Shown piece after piece: positions 24,282 through 37,352 of a stretch of DNA of 64,000 bases; the first letter of the stretch is position 1, and each line of letters starts with the position of its first letter. The DNA comes from Ascidiella aspersa (Eukaryota). The DNA lies in NCBI GenBank assembly GCA_963924565.1, contig OZ004614.1:21762001-21826000 (forward strand), in the 5' to 3' direction. The position numbers were made by a program, and so were the translations under genes. Under the pieces are notes generated by a model. That model was not told the DNA's origin, did no database searches, and saw nothing but the letters and a program-made list of their open reading frames with translations.

Positions 24282-27200
24282 TTTGCACTGGCGCTCTTGG
24301 TAACTCTGGGCTCTTTGGGAGACAAAAACTGCTTTTTGGGGCCTAATTGCTTCTGTCAGTTGACATATCCGTGCGGGCGATGCTGATGTTCTTTGTTTCA
24401 GTTTTTCAACAGAAATCTTGAAAACCAAACTATGATCAGATCAGCAGATATTGCTTGTTTTGTACTTTTAAAACTTAACGATGCCTGCTAGAAAAGTTCA
24501 ACAAAAGACTTACAAATCTACTTTTTGAGACCTTTCCTTTCACATAACAGGCAAAAAGTGACTCTCGTGTTTTTTTAATAGCGTACTGCTGTATATTCTA
24601 AATTGTAAAACCATCGCTAAATCGCAGGCTAGGAAAATGTAAAACTGTCAAGCGACGCAAACGCCATTGATTCACGTATACGACTGGTTTATTAAAACGA
24701 AAAGCTATTGTACGCTGCTGGCTGTTGCCTACAGTGCTAGCCAAAACCAGAAAGGTTTACAAATGGCTGCCTGTTGACAGTGCCTCGTCGGACAATGACG
24801 TAGTCTTTTTTCCCCTCCGCTCGCCAACTTGCTCCCCTTGTTTCTTTAAGCGAGCCTGCCATTTGCGATTGTTCGCTAGTTCTCCCTTTTTCGATCGCCG
24901 CTCGCCCGCGTTTCTCTAATTGCTCTTTTTCGGCGCGCGCAAGCTCTCTCGGATTGGAATTACGTCATTGGTCGTGCTGCTTTTTTTTCGCCCGCGTTTC
25001 GATTGACTGCCCTGCTAGATCCAATCTGTGAGCTGTTTGGGCCGCGCTGAGCCCTGTAAAACGTGCTTGGCGAAGTTCAAGGACGGTTAAACAAGCACAC
25101 TGTGCGTCTGCGGTATGTTTTAAAGCCCGTTGTTGCAACCGACCTACTCTTCGAGTCCACTACGCTTTAACACGACAATTTAAACAAAGGAATGAAAAAG
25201 GCCGCTGCTAGTATATAGCTTGTCCAACACACGCAGACGTACGGTCGTAAGCGCATATTCTGGTGTGTAAAGCGGAACCTAACTTGGTGAAATTAAACTA
25301 GCGATATTGCGACATTCTAAAAAGACCAACTTGTCAGTTCCAAGCCAAGCCCTTGTTATACAGATTGTATGTTAAGCTTTTATAATCAGTAAAATCGTCC
25401 GATTATGAGCAATATATCAAAAATAGCAAGAACACAATAAACAGTAAGCAAATTGTTTTATGCTTTAAAATCAAGTTAACCATATTTTATAAACAAATGA
25501 TAATTAAATCACTTGCAACCCAAGTCATTTTACCCAAAAGACTTAAATCAAGCCAAGCCAAACGAGCGAAATGAAATGAAACGAGCGACTGAAATGCCAT
25601 TCAATGACTAAGTCATTACAACACTGGTAATACGAAACAGATGCCAAAGCTCGCCTGCTTGTTTTAAAAGCCCGTCGTATCTAATATATTTGCCAATATA
25701 ATATCTCGTGTTAGACTTTTAAACTGCATAATCGAATTTTTATGCGCACGCCGTACATTTCAGCTAATATCAAGCAAGCAAAATACGAACGTGTGTTACA
25801 GGCACTTGTTTCAGTCCTAAACCACAATAGAATACTTATATTTTTTGTTATTAATTTTGTCAGGCGACAGGTTTCAACTTGGCACTCAACTGTACATAGT
25901 CTTGCCGTTGTAGTACTAAATGCTACAAAGAGCATTACACAGCATAAACGGCTCAGGTTTAGCTTGGGTCGTTTGCATGTCGGAGTCGTTTTAACTCGCA
26001 TTGCGCAACCGGACAATTAGAAGCAGCCAGGCACTGCTATTTACACCCATGCACGATTATTGTAAAAGCAGGCTGACGCGCTAATAACAGAACCAACTGC
26101 TCCTCGCCAAGCAAATGGAAAGGCGTGACGTAACGACGGTACAATGATTATTCAATCGGGTCACGTGGTGTTTGCTCTTGCGCAACGAGAGAGCGATCTT
26201 TATTCTTTGCTCGTGAGACCACAATGCACCGAACCTTGATGACTCATGGCCGCGGCCCGTCGACGACAATCGGTTTTTAATCCGATTCTTTGTCGATGCA
26301 CATGCTTTCCTAAAATAACCAGCCAACTCATGTTCGTCGCTGGATTGTTTCCACAGCCCGGCTTTTTTTTCACGCCGGAGTGAAAGTTTTTGAAATTGTA
26401 GTGCACTTTTCGCCTGGAAAGTCCTTTCGAGTATTTTTAACACGCTTTAAACTTTAAAGCAATAACTACATTGGTTTCATCGGACAATTTAAGAACTTGT
26501 GCCCCGACAAAGTAACTGGTTCTAATCAACATACAGAAAAGATTTGTTTAATCTTTTAGACAGATTGTCATGTTTTTGTAAACTGTAAAACAATTTCATC
26601 ATATCGAACGTTTTAAGAGATGTTTATGTTTTTCGCCTATAGCTGCACTAGAAGTGCTTCGTGATATTTTATAAACTTTATTATTTTTAATATTAGCGTA
26701 TTCGTTTTGGTCATGGTCACTGATGGCATTTAGTTGTATAAGTGCTGAAAAATATGTAAAGAAGAGTGGCACAACTTATAACAAATATAAAACCTGTCCT
26801 TTTGTTTATTTGGACACCAAAACTTCGACAGAGAGCTTTAATACTCAACTTTGAATTTCTAACAACTTTTAACCCAAAAAGTAACAGGCCCAATTGCAGT
26901 AGCAGCACAAAGTACTAATCACATTTGCGTAATGGTATTCGGAAAGTCCTTTCGAACTCTTCGTGCAGTGAAAAAGCCTTAGTGGAGGTCGCAGTTGTAC
27001 TTGTCAAAAAGTGATTCCCTCGAACATACAACCTCTCCCCCCCTACCACTCTGCCCGGCGCGATAGGGGACTTTTTTCATGAGTGCTGCAAAATTTTTGT
27101 CGTGCGCGCTAGAACACGAGTTGCCGATAAACAAAATACCGAGAGGCGACCAAACTCGCTGACATTTATCGGTTTCCTTTAGCTCGAGGACCTCGCAGAA

Positions 27201-28794
27201 GCGCAGTCTCCTCTGCTGCTTTATTAGGCGTGTAATTTCAAAAAAGCCTCCGCATTTGGACTGTTCCAAAACGGCGAACATTTTCCCAACGCCCTTCTGC
27301 TTTAGCCCGACTGGGTTGTAATCACTGGCCAGCGGTATGCGACCAAGGTGACGACCGCGCGTTTTTCCTGCACGCATGCTCTTGCACAACCCGCTATTTG
27401 CCACTTCAGCGCCCGACCACCTGCTTTTTATAAGATTATAGTCGTCCCGCCGCCTCTCGTCATGTTCTCGACCAACGCCATTCCGCATCTTGTTTAGTCA
27501 CCGGATGTCAGCTCTTTGCAGCGCGATGTCTTGAGTGCGATGTGAAAATGCTAATTGGTGGCGAGAAATATGTTTAGGGCGTGGACTTCTACCGTTCCCA
27601 TATAGTTTGTTTTCGTTTTTGCTGCGAGTTAACAGTCCACCTCAGGGCAGGGCAAGGGCGAAGGTAGAATCATTTTTTACCGGAAAGCATGAAAATTTTC
27701 AGAGATGACGTCTTAATAAAGTATAGCCTTTTGAAACCTGAGTTTATCATTTCATGTAGAGCATAAGTATGCAACAGAAATCTTAGTTTAAACATTACAT
27801 ATGCGGGATAGCTTAGTGAAAAATTAATTGTTTTACCGGTACGGCGTACCTGCAAACGTTATTTTACCTGGAACACCGTTCCGGACTGTTCCGGCTTACT
27901 ATTACCACTGCCTCTTAAACTCTGTCTATGTCGCTTTGCTTTGAAAATTCTAAACTCTGTCAATGTAGTGTTGGTTTGTTATTGACCGCGATTCTAAATG
28001 ATTTCGTCATCAGCGCTGCTTTAAGGTCGACTTAAGAATGTCAATGGGGTTTTACCTAACCGCAGTTCCTCCCACACACTCCATACATCGTCTCTTCACT
28101 TTTTTATCATCCTTGAAATATAATACCAACTGAACCATCCAGTTAGGTCAGACACTTTTCAGATCGCAGACGGAATTTTAGACAAGAATCGAGCTCGAAT
28201 TTCACGAATAACTTTACCAGGGAGTCATCTTGTTGTGACGTGCTCGTCACTACGGTGTATTTCATGGCTTTCTACAAACAAACTTCCAGACGCGGTGACG
28301 AATGGAAAAGCACAACTCAATCCCTTTTCCGTTACATTACCTTATCTAGAAGTAGAGTGGGTATTGTCACGGAGCTTATTTTTCCACTGGAATGATTACT
28401 TGTAATGTTATTTGTACCCTTGCCTTTTTTCCCCAGGTTTCATAAGATACTGGAGTGTTCGACGTTTTGTTATGACGTAACCTTTTTTTGCGTTCCGGTA
28501 TTTTTTATGCGCTTCGATACGAAAATAATTGTTCTTCTTTCAACCTGGATACTTTCAAGTTTTAAGGGGAAGCTTGGCGTTTAACTTTTATAGGGTGCAG
28601 TGTAGGGCGGTGCTTTAATTTTTCTGCCTAAATACAAACCCTATCAAAAAAGTTTCGCCACACTAAGATGTGAAATTGATAAACATAACATTTCTCGTTG
28701 TGTTAAAACCTTGTGTATCAGTAATACAACCTCATTCACGACCATTTAAGCACGGTGTGTGATCCCAGTTTGAGAAGCTATGCTAAGGCAGGAC

Positions 28795-29286
28795 CAGACT
28801 TGGACAACTGACTAATTCTAGTTTTCTAATTCAATGAATTAGAGCAACATGCGCCTAATTCTAATTCTAATTTAATTTCTGAATTGCTTGTGGGCTCTAA
28901 TTCTAGTGCTAATCTAATTCAGATTTTACCAAAAATGCTACTTTGTCCAACGGCATTTTTAGTCTCTTAGTCAAAACAATGAACTCGAAATAAAACTTTT
29001 TTGATGGAACGACTTGTAGTTGATGTTTACGGTCTAAAAGAATATGATATGCTAAAAGGCATAAAACTAACTAACACACACTTAATAACTATTTACATTC
29101 TTATTAGAAAAATTCGCGATTTAAATGAAATTAATTGTGAACAATTAAATGTAATTCTAGTTCAAATTCGTTTTTTTAAGAGTTCGGTAATTCTAATTTT
29201 AATATAATTTGGAAAAACTGAACTGTTCTAATTTTAATTCTAATCTAATTTTAAAAAGCTAAAATAAGTCTAGTTGTCCAAGTCTG
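28795..29286. mobile_element. hAT-type MITE with internal (T)CTAATT repeats
   Basis: Perfect 15-bp TIR CAGACTTGGACAACT; 8-bp TSD GGCAGGAC/GGCAGGGC (7/8); subterminal TTCTAATT arrays. Confidence 0.85.
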
Positions 29287-32200
29287 GGCAGGGCATTCCT
29301 ATTCGTCGAGGTATGGCTAAAAGCGTCTCTTTGCGTGTTTCGGTGTGTTGTTGTTTGTAATGAATTTCTCGGTCGTTCACCCAACAACAACAGCACTCCC
29401 GTTTCGCTTCGCGGGGCCAGACATTCCGACCCGCCGCACACTATTCAACTTGAATATGTGGTCGGCCGTTACATCACGACACTCCGTAATGCGTTACGTC
29501 ATGCTTCACTCAGTTGGATAATGCGCCATACTTGGACACGGGGTCTAAAGCAGGGGTATTTTTTTTTTTCAGATATATATTGATAAATTACATTGCTTTT
29601 ATGGCCCAATTAAAAGAACGATATTTCACTAAAAATGCAAAAATCGGAAAGTAATTAATTGACAGTTATTTTGTTTGTCACTTCTCAGTGAGATACTTGT
29701 TGCTGCTTCATTGATCAAATTCGCTCAAAAGATTATTCGATTCAAAAAAGCAGTTTAAAAAAAACGCATTGTTATAAGACAATGAGGTTTCTTACTAAAT
29801 AACAACAAAATTGTTGTTTTCCTCAAAGCAAAGATGGTAACGGCATAATATCATTTACAATTCCAAAATAAAACTGGTCTAAAGGGAATTAGAAAGATCG
29901 AACGTTTATGGCAGAAGTTTTTAACTGGGGTTGAATTCCCCCTAGGGGCAATTTTGAAGTTTCAAGGGGGGAATTGGACCAAAAAGCGTAATTAGTTGGG
30001 AGGAAAATATGAAGTAGAACACTAATCATTTGGTACAATACTATCATAGCGGTTGAAAAGCTTAGATTTAAAGAGGTGACACTATTCGTTTATTGACATA
30101 ATTACTGTTTTTTTTAGTTTGAATAGAGATGGTTACACGAGATCAAAAAGGTAAAACTGTGGGGCACGAGTTTAGTAGTTGAGGCTTCTGACTCTCGTTT
30201 TAAGGTTGCTTGAAGGTTGCGTGCGTGTATAACTCGCTAGCCAGCTACAATACCTCTGGTGATTATTAATTGTATTATCTGATAAGCGAACAACCAGTTA
30301 AACTATAGAAGGCGGACAAGTTAGCATATAGAAGATGCTACTTGCAATATCAAAGTTGCGAACAGCAAGACGATAACTGAGAAGAAGTCTTTTTTTTACA
30401 AGCGGAAGGCGGTCTTAAGTACACAAATCCCTGAGCTGACAGCACAGAGATAATTCAAGCCAGTAACCACTTTGCACTTTGGAGCGAGTAGGCAATACAT
30501 CTGTGGCATAAGCAAATACATCACAAAAGTTACTGTAAACACAATCTCTTAGTCGGTAAATTATAGTCGTGCGCTACAAAACCACTGGATCATGATTTAA
30601 TTTATTCGAAAAAAAATAAGAACGATCTAAAATTTTCACACATTATCTAACGCACCTTACCTATCTAGCAATCAAACCTAATTTGAATTTTAGCTTATTT
30701 GCTTTGACCAACGCGTGGAATTTCCGATCGATATTTTATTTACTCCTTAAGAGTTATAGGCTACACGCCGAAATTATGGGCAGTTAACTTACCTTTGGTA
30801 AAGTAAGGGGACCTGTTTAGAATTCCCGAAAATCCTAGTCTCGGTAATACCAGCAATGAAAATTTCACGTTGCCAGCAATCTCGGTCAAACTAGGGGGTA
30901 AATAATTATTTACGAACAAGATTGATTTTAACAAGTGTTTTCCACCTATGTGTCGTGACCCAAAATTTGGTTGGCGACTACAGTAGTTTTATAATTATGC
31001 TTACAACATTGAAATTGGTTCTGAGCAAAATTTCTTCAAAATTTTAGAAAAATTCGGAAGCAAAACGAAGACATGGATATGATCAATCAAATTTAAACCT
31101 AATAATGCCAATTTCTTATATTTTTATTGACATACATGAAGTTCAGTAAAGTGAATTGGATCATCAAAGTTATATTTACGCTTAGAATTTGAATCGGCGC
31201 GAAAATAAGAAACCCTGATTTAAACGAAGAATTAACTCTCAAGAAGTGATGGTTCGATAAGTTTCGTATGATGTGGGGAATTTTGTCTTCTAAGGGTGAT
31301 TTTTGGGGGGTTTACGAGCTTATTTGTCCCAAAGGTTTTTTTAGGTCACACAACCGTGCGCGCAGCGAAAAAACGCCAGGTGTGTTCTAAACTCGAAAGT
31401 TGCAAAGTTTACATAGGACAGGAGGTCGGAACGTTTTGGGCGTCGCCAAAAATACCAGCGGAAAAGCGATTGACGTGCAAGTCATTGGCGCACGTGATCA
31501 TGCAAATTTCCCGCTGCTATAGGACAATGGCCACGTGGAAAGGTCAGGACGATTTGCATGCGGCCTGTTGCGAACTGCGTGTTCCTTTACTGCCACGAGT
31601 CTTCCCACACTAAATCCAATCGGAGAAAATTTTCACCTCGAGGCAACGCTTACCGTGCGTCATTTGTAGTTGTACAGCGACGACGCTCCTGTCAACAAGA
31701 TCCATTGTGTGTGTTGTTTCGCCAGGCGACCGAATTTCGTCGTCGAAAACCGAATTCAAGCAATTAGCATGTCTGCCATCGGGCGTCTCCTTCAAAGCAT
31801 TCCGTTCGCTGGATGCGTTTTAATTAGACGCGGGAGAGGAATGCTATCCGGTCAAGATAGCCAAAATGCCATCGCGACCCATTACGTCATCTCCTCCAGA
31901 TGTAGCGAAACGTACAGTGCTTACTGCTGCTGCTGACTCAAGCTAATTGGCTTGAACACTTAGCGGCTTAGGTCAGCCAGTGGCGTCTCGATCGTCAACG
32001 CGATATGCTGTAAATTATAACAGGCCAATCAGTCACCCCCCCCCCTCCGCGCGCATGACAGGACGATCTGACACATTGTCGGTCTCCCTTGTGGGAACGT
32101 TACGGCCATTATGCTTTGTGGCGGCGCATTCATGGTCGCGAAAACAAGTAACATCCTCGCGTAGGCAGCGTTTGCCACCAGCTCTTACCCAAACAAATCA

Positions 32201-33692
32201 AAGGTTAAACAGCGATTTGCGGACCTGGCATTAATTAGCCTATATCATAAACAGCTTAATTGACAGTTCGAAGATAAAAGGCCGCCGCCGCCATTGCCTT
32301 CCTTCTCACAAAAGAAAATTATTTTGTCATACTTAAGTTAAACAATCACTTCGTTAAATTAGTCGAACTCACTAAGATATTTATATTAAAACCCCTGATT
32401 CTAATACGTAATATAAATATATATAGATATTGATAATGCCTCCTAAATATAAAATTCTATTTCCATGAAGTAATATTTCCAAAGCAAAACCATTGGTGTA
32501 TCTAGTTCGCTACACGTCAAGCGAACGATTTACATTTTGAGCTTCATCAACGAACTTGGTAGTGAATAAAAATAATAAACAGTGAAATGAAAATATATGT
32601 AGTGAATACAAATATACACGTAATTTATCAGCTCCAACATTATCGCGCTTTCAGTTGTGTCGCTTGTAAAGAATTAACTGTAGAAGACAAATGAAATTTC
32701 AGTAATTCATCACGTTTAGGAAATCGACGTATTTTTACGAATACGCATGTTCATACCACATTATATCATCCATATTCGTAGAACACAAATCCCACATGAT
32801 AAACACCTTTCCCAGCAATTGTGTCACGATTGACGATTTTAAATCTTTTTGCGCTCGCTATACAGAGGATTATAGGGCTGTGGTTCATGCTAAATCTAAT
32901 ATTAGTCTTGTGTGATGTTTACCAATAGGTGACCAAACGCCGAGATGTCTAGTTAAGGTTGTTCTTTTGAACTTTTTTGGTCGCAGGCCCAGGCCAAATT
33001 AAGAAAGCTGTTGGCGGGCCGTAAATAAATAAATTTAAATAAACATATTTTTGTTGTTGTTAAAACGTTTTGTTCGCATACCGTTTATTATATGGCCTCG
33101 TGTCGAGTTTGTAAATGAGATGTTCGGTCGTATGATTTTTATTGGAGTGACGAATATGTTTCTGACTCCTGGTTCACAGTCTTACTAAACATCAACAAAC
33201 TTGGCTTTGCATTTGAAATTTTTTTCAAAGACAGGAAGGAAAACTATGTTTTGTCGCGAAAGCCTTGTTGGTCGAATCGGATTAACACACAAACCGTGGA
33301 AGCTCAATATGCAGATCTAACATGACCGAACGTAAAAGCGTATAATTGGTGCATTACCACTAAGACGGAAACTGTGATAGAGATGTTACAATTGTTGGAG
33401 CCTTATTATATAGTTTGAGAATACACGATTTTTAGCATTTGCTTCAAACTATTAATACCTCAATAGTGCTATTTTCAATGCAAATGGTCTCTCCTTACAA
33501 CTCATCATCTACAAACAAAAATCTTTGTCTAATTAAATTGACATGTGATATCATAAAATCTATTCAGGTCTGCGTTATTTAATAATTCACCGATCTTTGC
33601 TTATTTGAAAATTATCGTGAAAGAACGTTTCGTTGCTAACTTAATTGTTGAAAGCAAATTTCACATTCAACTTTTTTGATTTACTAAAAGTT

Positions 33693-33765
33693 TGGAGATG
33701 CCGGGCGTCGATCCCGGTACCTCTCACATGCTAAGCGAGCGCTCTACCATTTGAGCTACATCCTC
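33693..33765 (-). tRNA. tRNA-Ala-AGC: tRNA-Ala(AGC), variant G2>A (A2:C71 mismatch)
   Basis: 73-nt cloverleaf, AGC anticodon, G3:U70; acceptor-stem substitution at 33764. Confidence 0.85.
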
Positions 33766-34351
33766 GACGGTAAACGTAATGCAAAAGTGTTGGTCAATTG
33801 CAACGGACAGTTGACCAGTCAACCGATGACCAGTATTGTTGTTGTAACAGCCTAGTAGGAAAAAGGCTTGTGTCCAAAGGTTAGGCTCGCGAGAGCTAAA
33901 AATCTTTACATTCGTTCGGAAGATGATAAAGTGAAGTCAGAATCTATGTTATATGCAAAATGTTGCACTGAATATGTGAATAATAGAAATCACCTTGACC
34001 CTTGCAAGATAAATGTCGACCTTAATTCCTGATCAGTAACAGCAGAATAATCTAGCAAAGCTAGCAATTCAGGTCAGACACAATAAACAAATCTTAAAAG
34101 ATATATGTATATATATTTCGCCAATAAAGGTAATTGCTAGCTTTGCTAGAGTATTTTGCTGTTATATGCAAAATATCATTATTTCGACCGCATTATTAGT
34201 GCCGCTTGATGCGTGTTTTAATATGAAAAAACTACAATAAAACTCATAACAAAATTTTTACTATAGCCTTATTCATTTTTACTGTCGTATTTTTTTTTAT
34301 TGTAATGTAAGTTGATAAATGTGCCCAAACAGGAATAAATGCCTAAAAGTC

Positions 34352-34424
34352 TGGAGATGCCGGGCGTCGATCCCGGTACCTCTCACATGCTAAGCGAGCG
34401 CTCTACCATTTGAGCTACATCCCC
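34352..34424 (-). tRNA. tRNA-Ala-AGC: tRNA-Ala(AGC)
   Basis: GGGGATGTAGCTCAAATGGTAGAGCGCTCGCTTAGCATGTGAGAGGTACCGGGATCGACGCCCGGCATCTCCA; G3:U70; T-run terminator. Confidence 0.96.
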
Positions 34425-34817
34425 GATGCAACCGTCATGCAAAAGTGTCGTTCAATTGTAACGGACAGTCGGTCAGTCAACCGATGACCAGTGTTGTTGT
34501 TGAAACAGCAACTTAGTGGGAAAAATACTTGTGCCCAAAAAGTTAGGCACGCGCGAATTAAAAATCTCTATTTACGTTGGGAAGATGATAAAGTGAGGTC
34601 AGAATATATGTTATATGCCGAATATTATGATTTCGACCGCATTGTGAGTTCTGCTTCATCATGCGTGTTTTGATTTACATTTTTACAAATCTTAACTGTA
34701 GTATTTTAGGTACGCTAGCAAAATACTGTATAAGCTACTTCAGTTTTCCGACGTAATTTTTTTGATTGTGATGCAAGTTTTTAAGAGGCGAACAAAACTA
34801 ATAAATGTTGAAAAACC

Positions 34818-34890
34818 TGGAGATGCCGGGCGTCGATCCCGGTACCTCTCACATGCTAAGCGAGCGCTCTACCATTTGAGCTACATCCCC
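34818..34890 (-). tRNA. tRNA-Ala-AGC: tRNA-Ala(AGC)
   Basis: Identical to array consensus; T5 terminator. Confidence 0.96.
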
Positions 34891-35091
34891 GATGCTTATA
34901 ATCACTAATTAATAGATAAGTACCTAATTGGATCTACTTGTGGAGCGAACACGAACAGTTTGATCGATGCTGACATAACATTGACCTGAATTTGCAATGG
35001 CACAATTCACGACTTATAAAAACGTAAATTTGACGAATACCGGTGTGAAATCAGACCTGTGTTCGCTTGTAATGAGTAAATTGCTTATAAC

Positions 35092-35620
35092 CTAGGGGTT
35101 CTCGAATTTGTTACTGAAAAACCCTTGGGATTTATCTGCAAATATGGCTTAGGTTACCCCTTACAACAATGAATTAAAAAGACTATGCAACTTTATTCAA
35201 GCTAAATTTATGGCCTATTAACACGGCAGTAGATGAACGTAGATTGCCTACATTTATTCTAGTACGGGGCAGTTACGTCACAAAGCAATGTAAAAGCTCA
35301 TTTGTTACGAAATAGACAAAAAAGACTCCAAAACGGCGTAAGCATAATGTAAAAACAAAACGTTGCTCTTGGTTAAAATATTTAATAGTTTGCTACTCAT
35401 AATGCCAATCGAATAACAGTGATTATAGTTGTTGAGTATGCGCAGCATATGATGGTTTAAGATTATACGCTGAACGTGGTATGTTTAAACCTTTTTATCG
35501 CTCGTCTCATAAACGTGACAAAAAATTATATACAGAAAAATTTACACGGTGCCAGAAAAATGAACTTACTCGCGTAACTCCGACTTTTTTACGTGTACCT
35601 TATAGTTTTAAAAACCCTGG
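35092..35620. mobile_element. Degenerate hAT-type MITE inside the array spacer (amplified with the array)
   Basis: Left end CTAGGGGTTCTCGAATTT, right end reverse complement CCAGGGTTTTTAAAACT. The left end is deleted in later units. Confidence 0.45.
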
Positions 35621-36519
35621 CTTCACCTTAAAACAACATTTAATACAACATTTAAATATACATATGCAACTACACACAGCTATATAGTCTGCACGAAATT
35701 AGCACTATCGTAAAAAACAAAGCAATCCAATTTCGTAATAGATCTTATTTGACAAGGGCGTATTCGGGAAAATACATATCCGTGGCTCACCCCTAAACTC
35801 TATTTTTTATTGTCCATTTACCAACTTTAACGCAATTTCATTCGCGCTTTGTACGATTCAGAACTTTAATATGTCTAGAAAAAAGTTGACTTCACTATAT
35901 GAATTATGCTGTAACAGTAAAGGCACTCGTCCTTTAGTTGTGTGATACGTTTAGGTAAGATACCTTGGTTAGTCACGGCGGTCACCACTAACAAGTGTTC
36001 ATTCAAACTTCATAAAAAGTGTTTTTAAGGTATTGTTTGTGTATCAACATTAATATTTGGGTTTTATAGTGTTACCCTTTTTGCTGTTAACACCTTTTTA
36101 TCTGTCGAGCCATCACACCTTTTTCGCATGACCTCTAGTATTGGGAATGCTTTATGATAGTCGAAAGTCAGGCTGTGATAACCACTTGTTTATAGATCGT
36201 CGTCGTTTACGCCCTATTTTAGTCTCTGACCACTATATATGACACCCCTTTAGAGCTTTATATGTTCTATGCAAGTTCGCCTGTATCGCCCTATATTACA
36301 ACACTGATATACGTCTCGTGTAGCGCTAAGGCATCCGCGACATGCCGTGAAATAGAGAGTCCTGATTTATAGTTGTGTGATATATTTTAATTTCAACTTG
36401 TCATTTTGTGGGGCGTTTCATACAAATCTGCATGATATGGTTTATGAACGCACGTTTCGTTGCTAATTTGTTGATAGCAAATTCCAAATTTAACTTTTTT
36501 TAATTTTGCTAAAAGTTCT

Positions 36520-36592
36520 TGGAGATGCCGGGCGTCGATCCCGGTACCTCTCACATGCTAAGCGAGCGCTCTACCATTTGAGCTACATCCCC
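36520..36592 (-). tRNA. tRNA-Ala-AGC: tRNA-Ala(AGC)
   Basis: Identical to array consensus. Confidence 0.96.
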
Positions 36593-37007
36593 GACAATGT
36601 TCAACATGCATAAGTGTTTCTCAATAGCAACGGACAGTCGGTCAGTCAACCGATGACCAGTGTTGTTGTTGAAACAGCAACTTAGTGGGAAAAAGACTTG
36701 TGCCCAAGAGTTAGGCACGCGAGAACTAAAAACCCCTACATACCTTGGCATGACGATACACTGAAGTCAGAATCTATGTTATATTATGCAAAATTTTATG
36801 ATTTCGACCGCATTGTCAGCTCTGCTATGTGCGTGTTTTGATTTACGTGCTATTCGAATACTGTAGTATTTTAGGCACGCAAGTAAAATGGAGGTATAAC
36901 AACATTTAAGTGTAGGTATACTTCGGGAAACAGTTTTCCCGTCGTTATTTTTTCGATTGTGATGTAAGTTTTTAAGAGGCGGACAAACAAATAAATGTCT
37001 AAAAACT

Positions 37008-37080
37008 TGGAGATGCCGGGCGTCGATCCCGGTACCTCTCACATGCTAAGCGAGCGCTCTACCATTTGAGCTACATCCCC
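37008..37080 (-). tRNA. tRNA-Ala-AGC: tRNA-Ala(AGC)
   Basis: Identical to array consensus. Confidence 0.96.
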
Positions 37081-37279
37081 GACAGCAACGTAATGCAAAA
37101 GTGTTGGTCAAGTGCAACGGACAGTCGACCAGTCAACCAATGACCAGTGTTGTTATACTGTAGTATTTTAGGTCCGCAAGTAAAATACTGTATAAGCTAC
37201 TTCAGTTTTCCGACGTAATTTTTTTGATTGTGATGTAAGTTTTTAAGAGGCGAACAAAACTAACAAATGTCTAAAAATC

Positions 37280-37352
37280 TGGAGATGCCGGGCGTCGATC
37301 CCGGTACCTCTCACATGCTAAGCGAGCGCTCTACCATTTGAGCTACATCCCC
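37280..37352 (-). tRNA. tRNA-Ala-AGC: tRNA-Ala(AGC)
   Basis: Identical to array consensus. Confidence 0.96.

Noticed and set aside
26979-27488. 169-aa minus-strand ORF
   Set aside because: No recognisable domain or splice structure; lies in GC-richer enhancer-like sequence.
34480-34510. CCGATGA...GAAAC hammerhead-like words in tRNA 5' flanks
   Set aside because: Core is CCGAUGA rather than CUGANGA, and no credible stem II or stem I forms.
34890-36519. Other small RNA genes (5S, SL, U snRNA) in the long spacer
   Set aside because: No recognisable match by eye; an Infernal/Rfam scan would be needed to exclude them fully.
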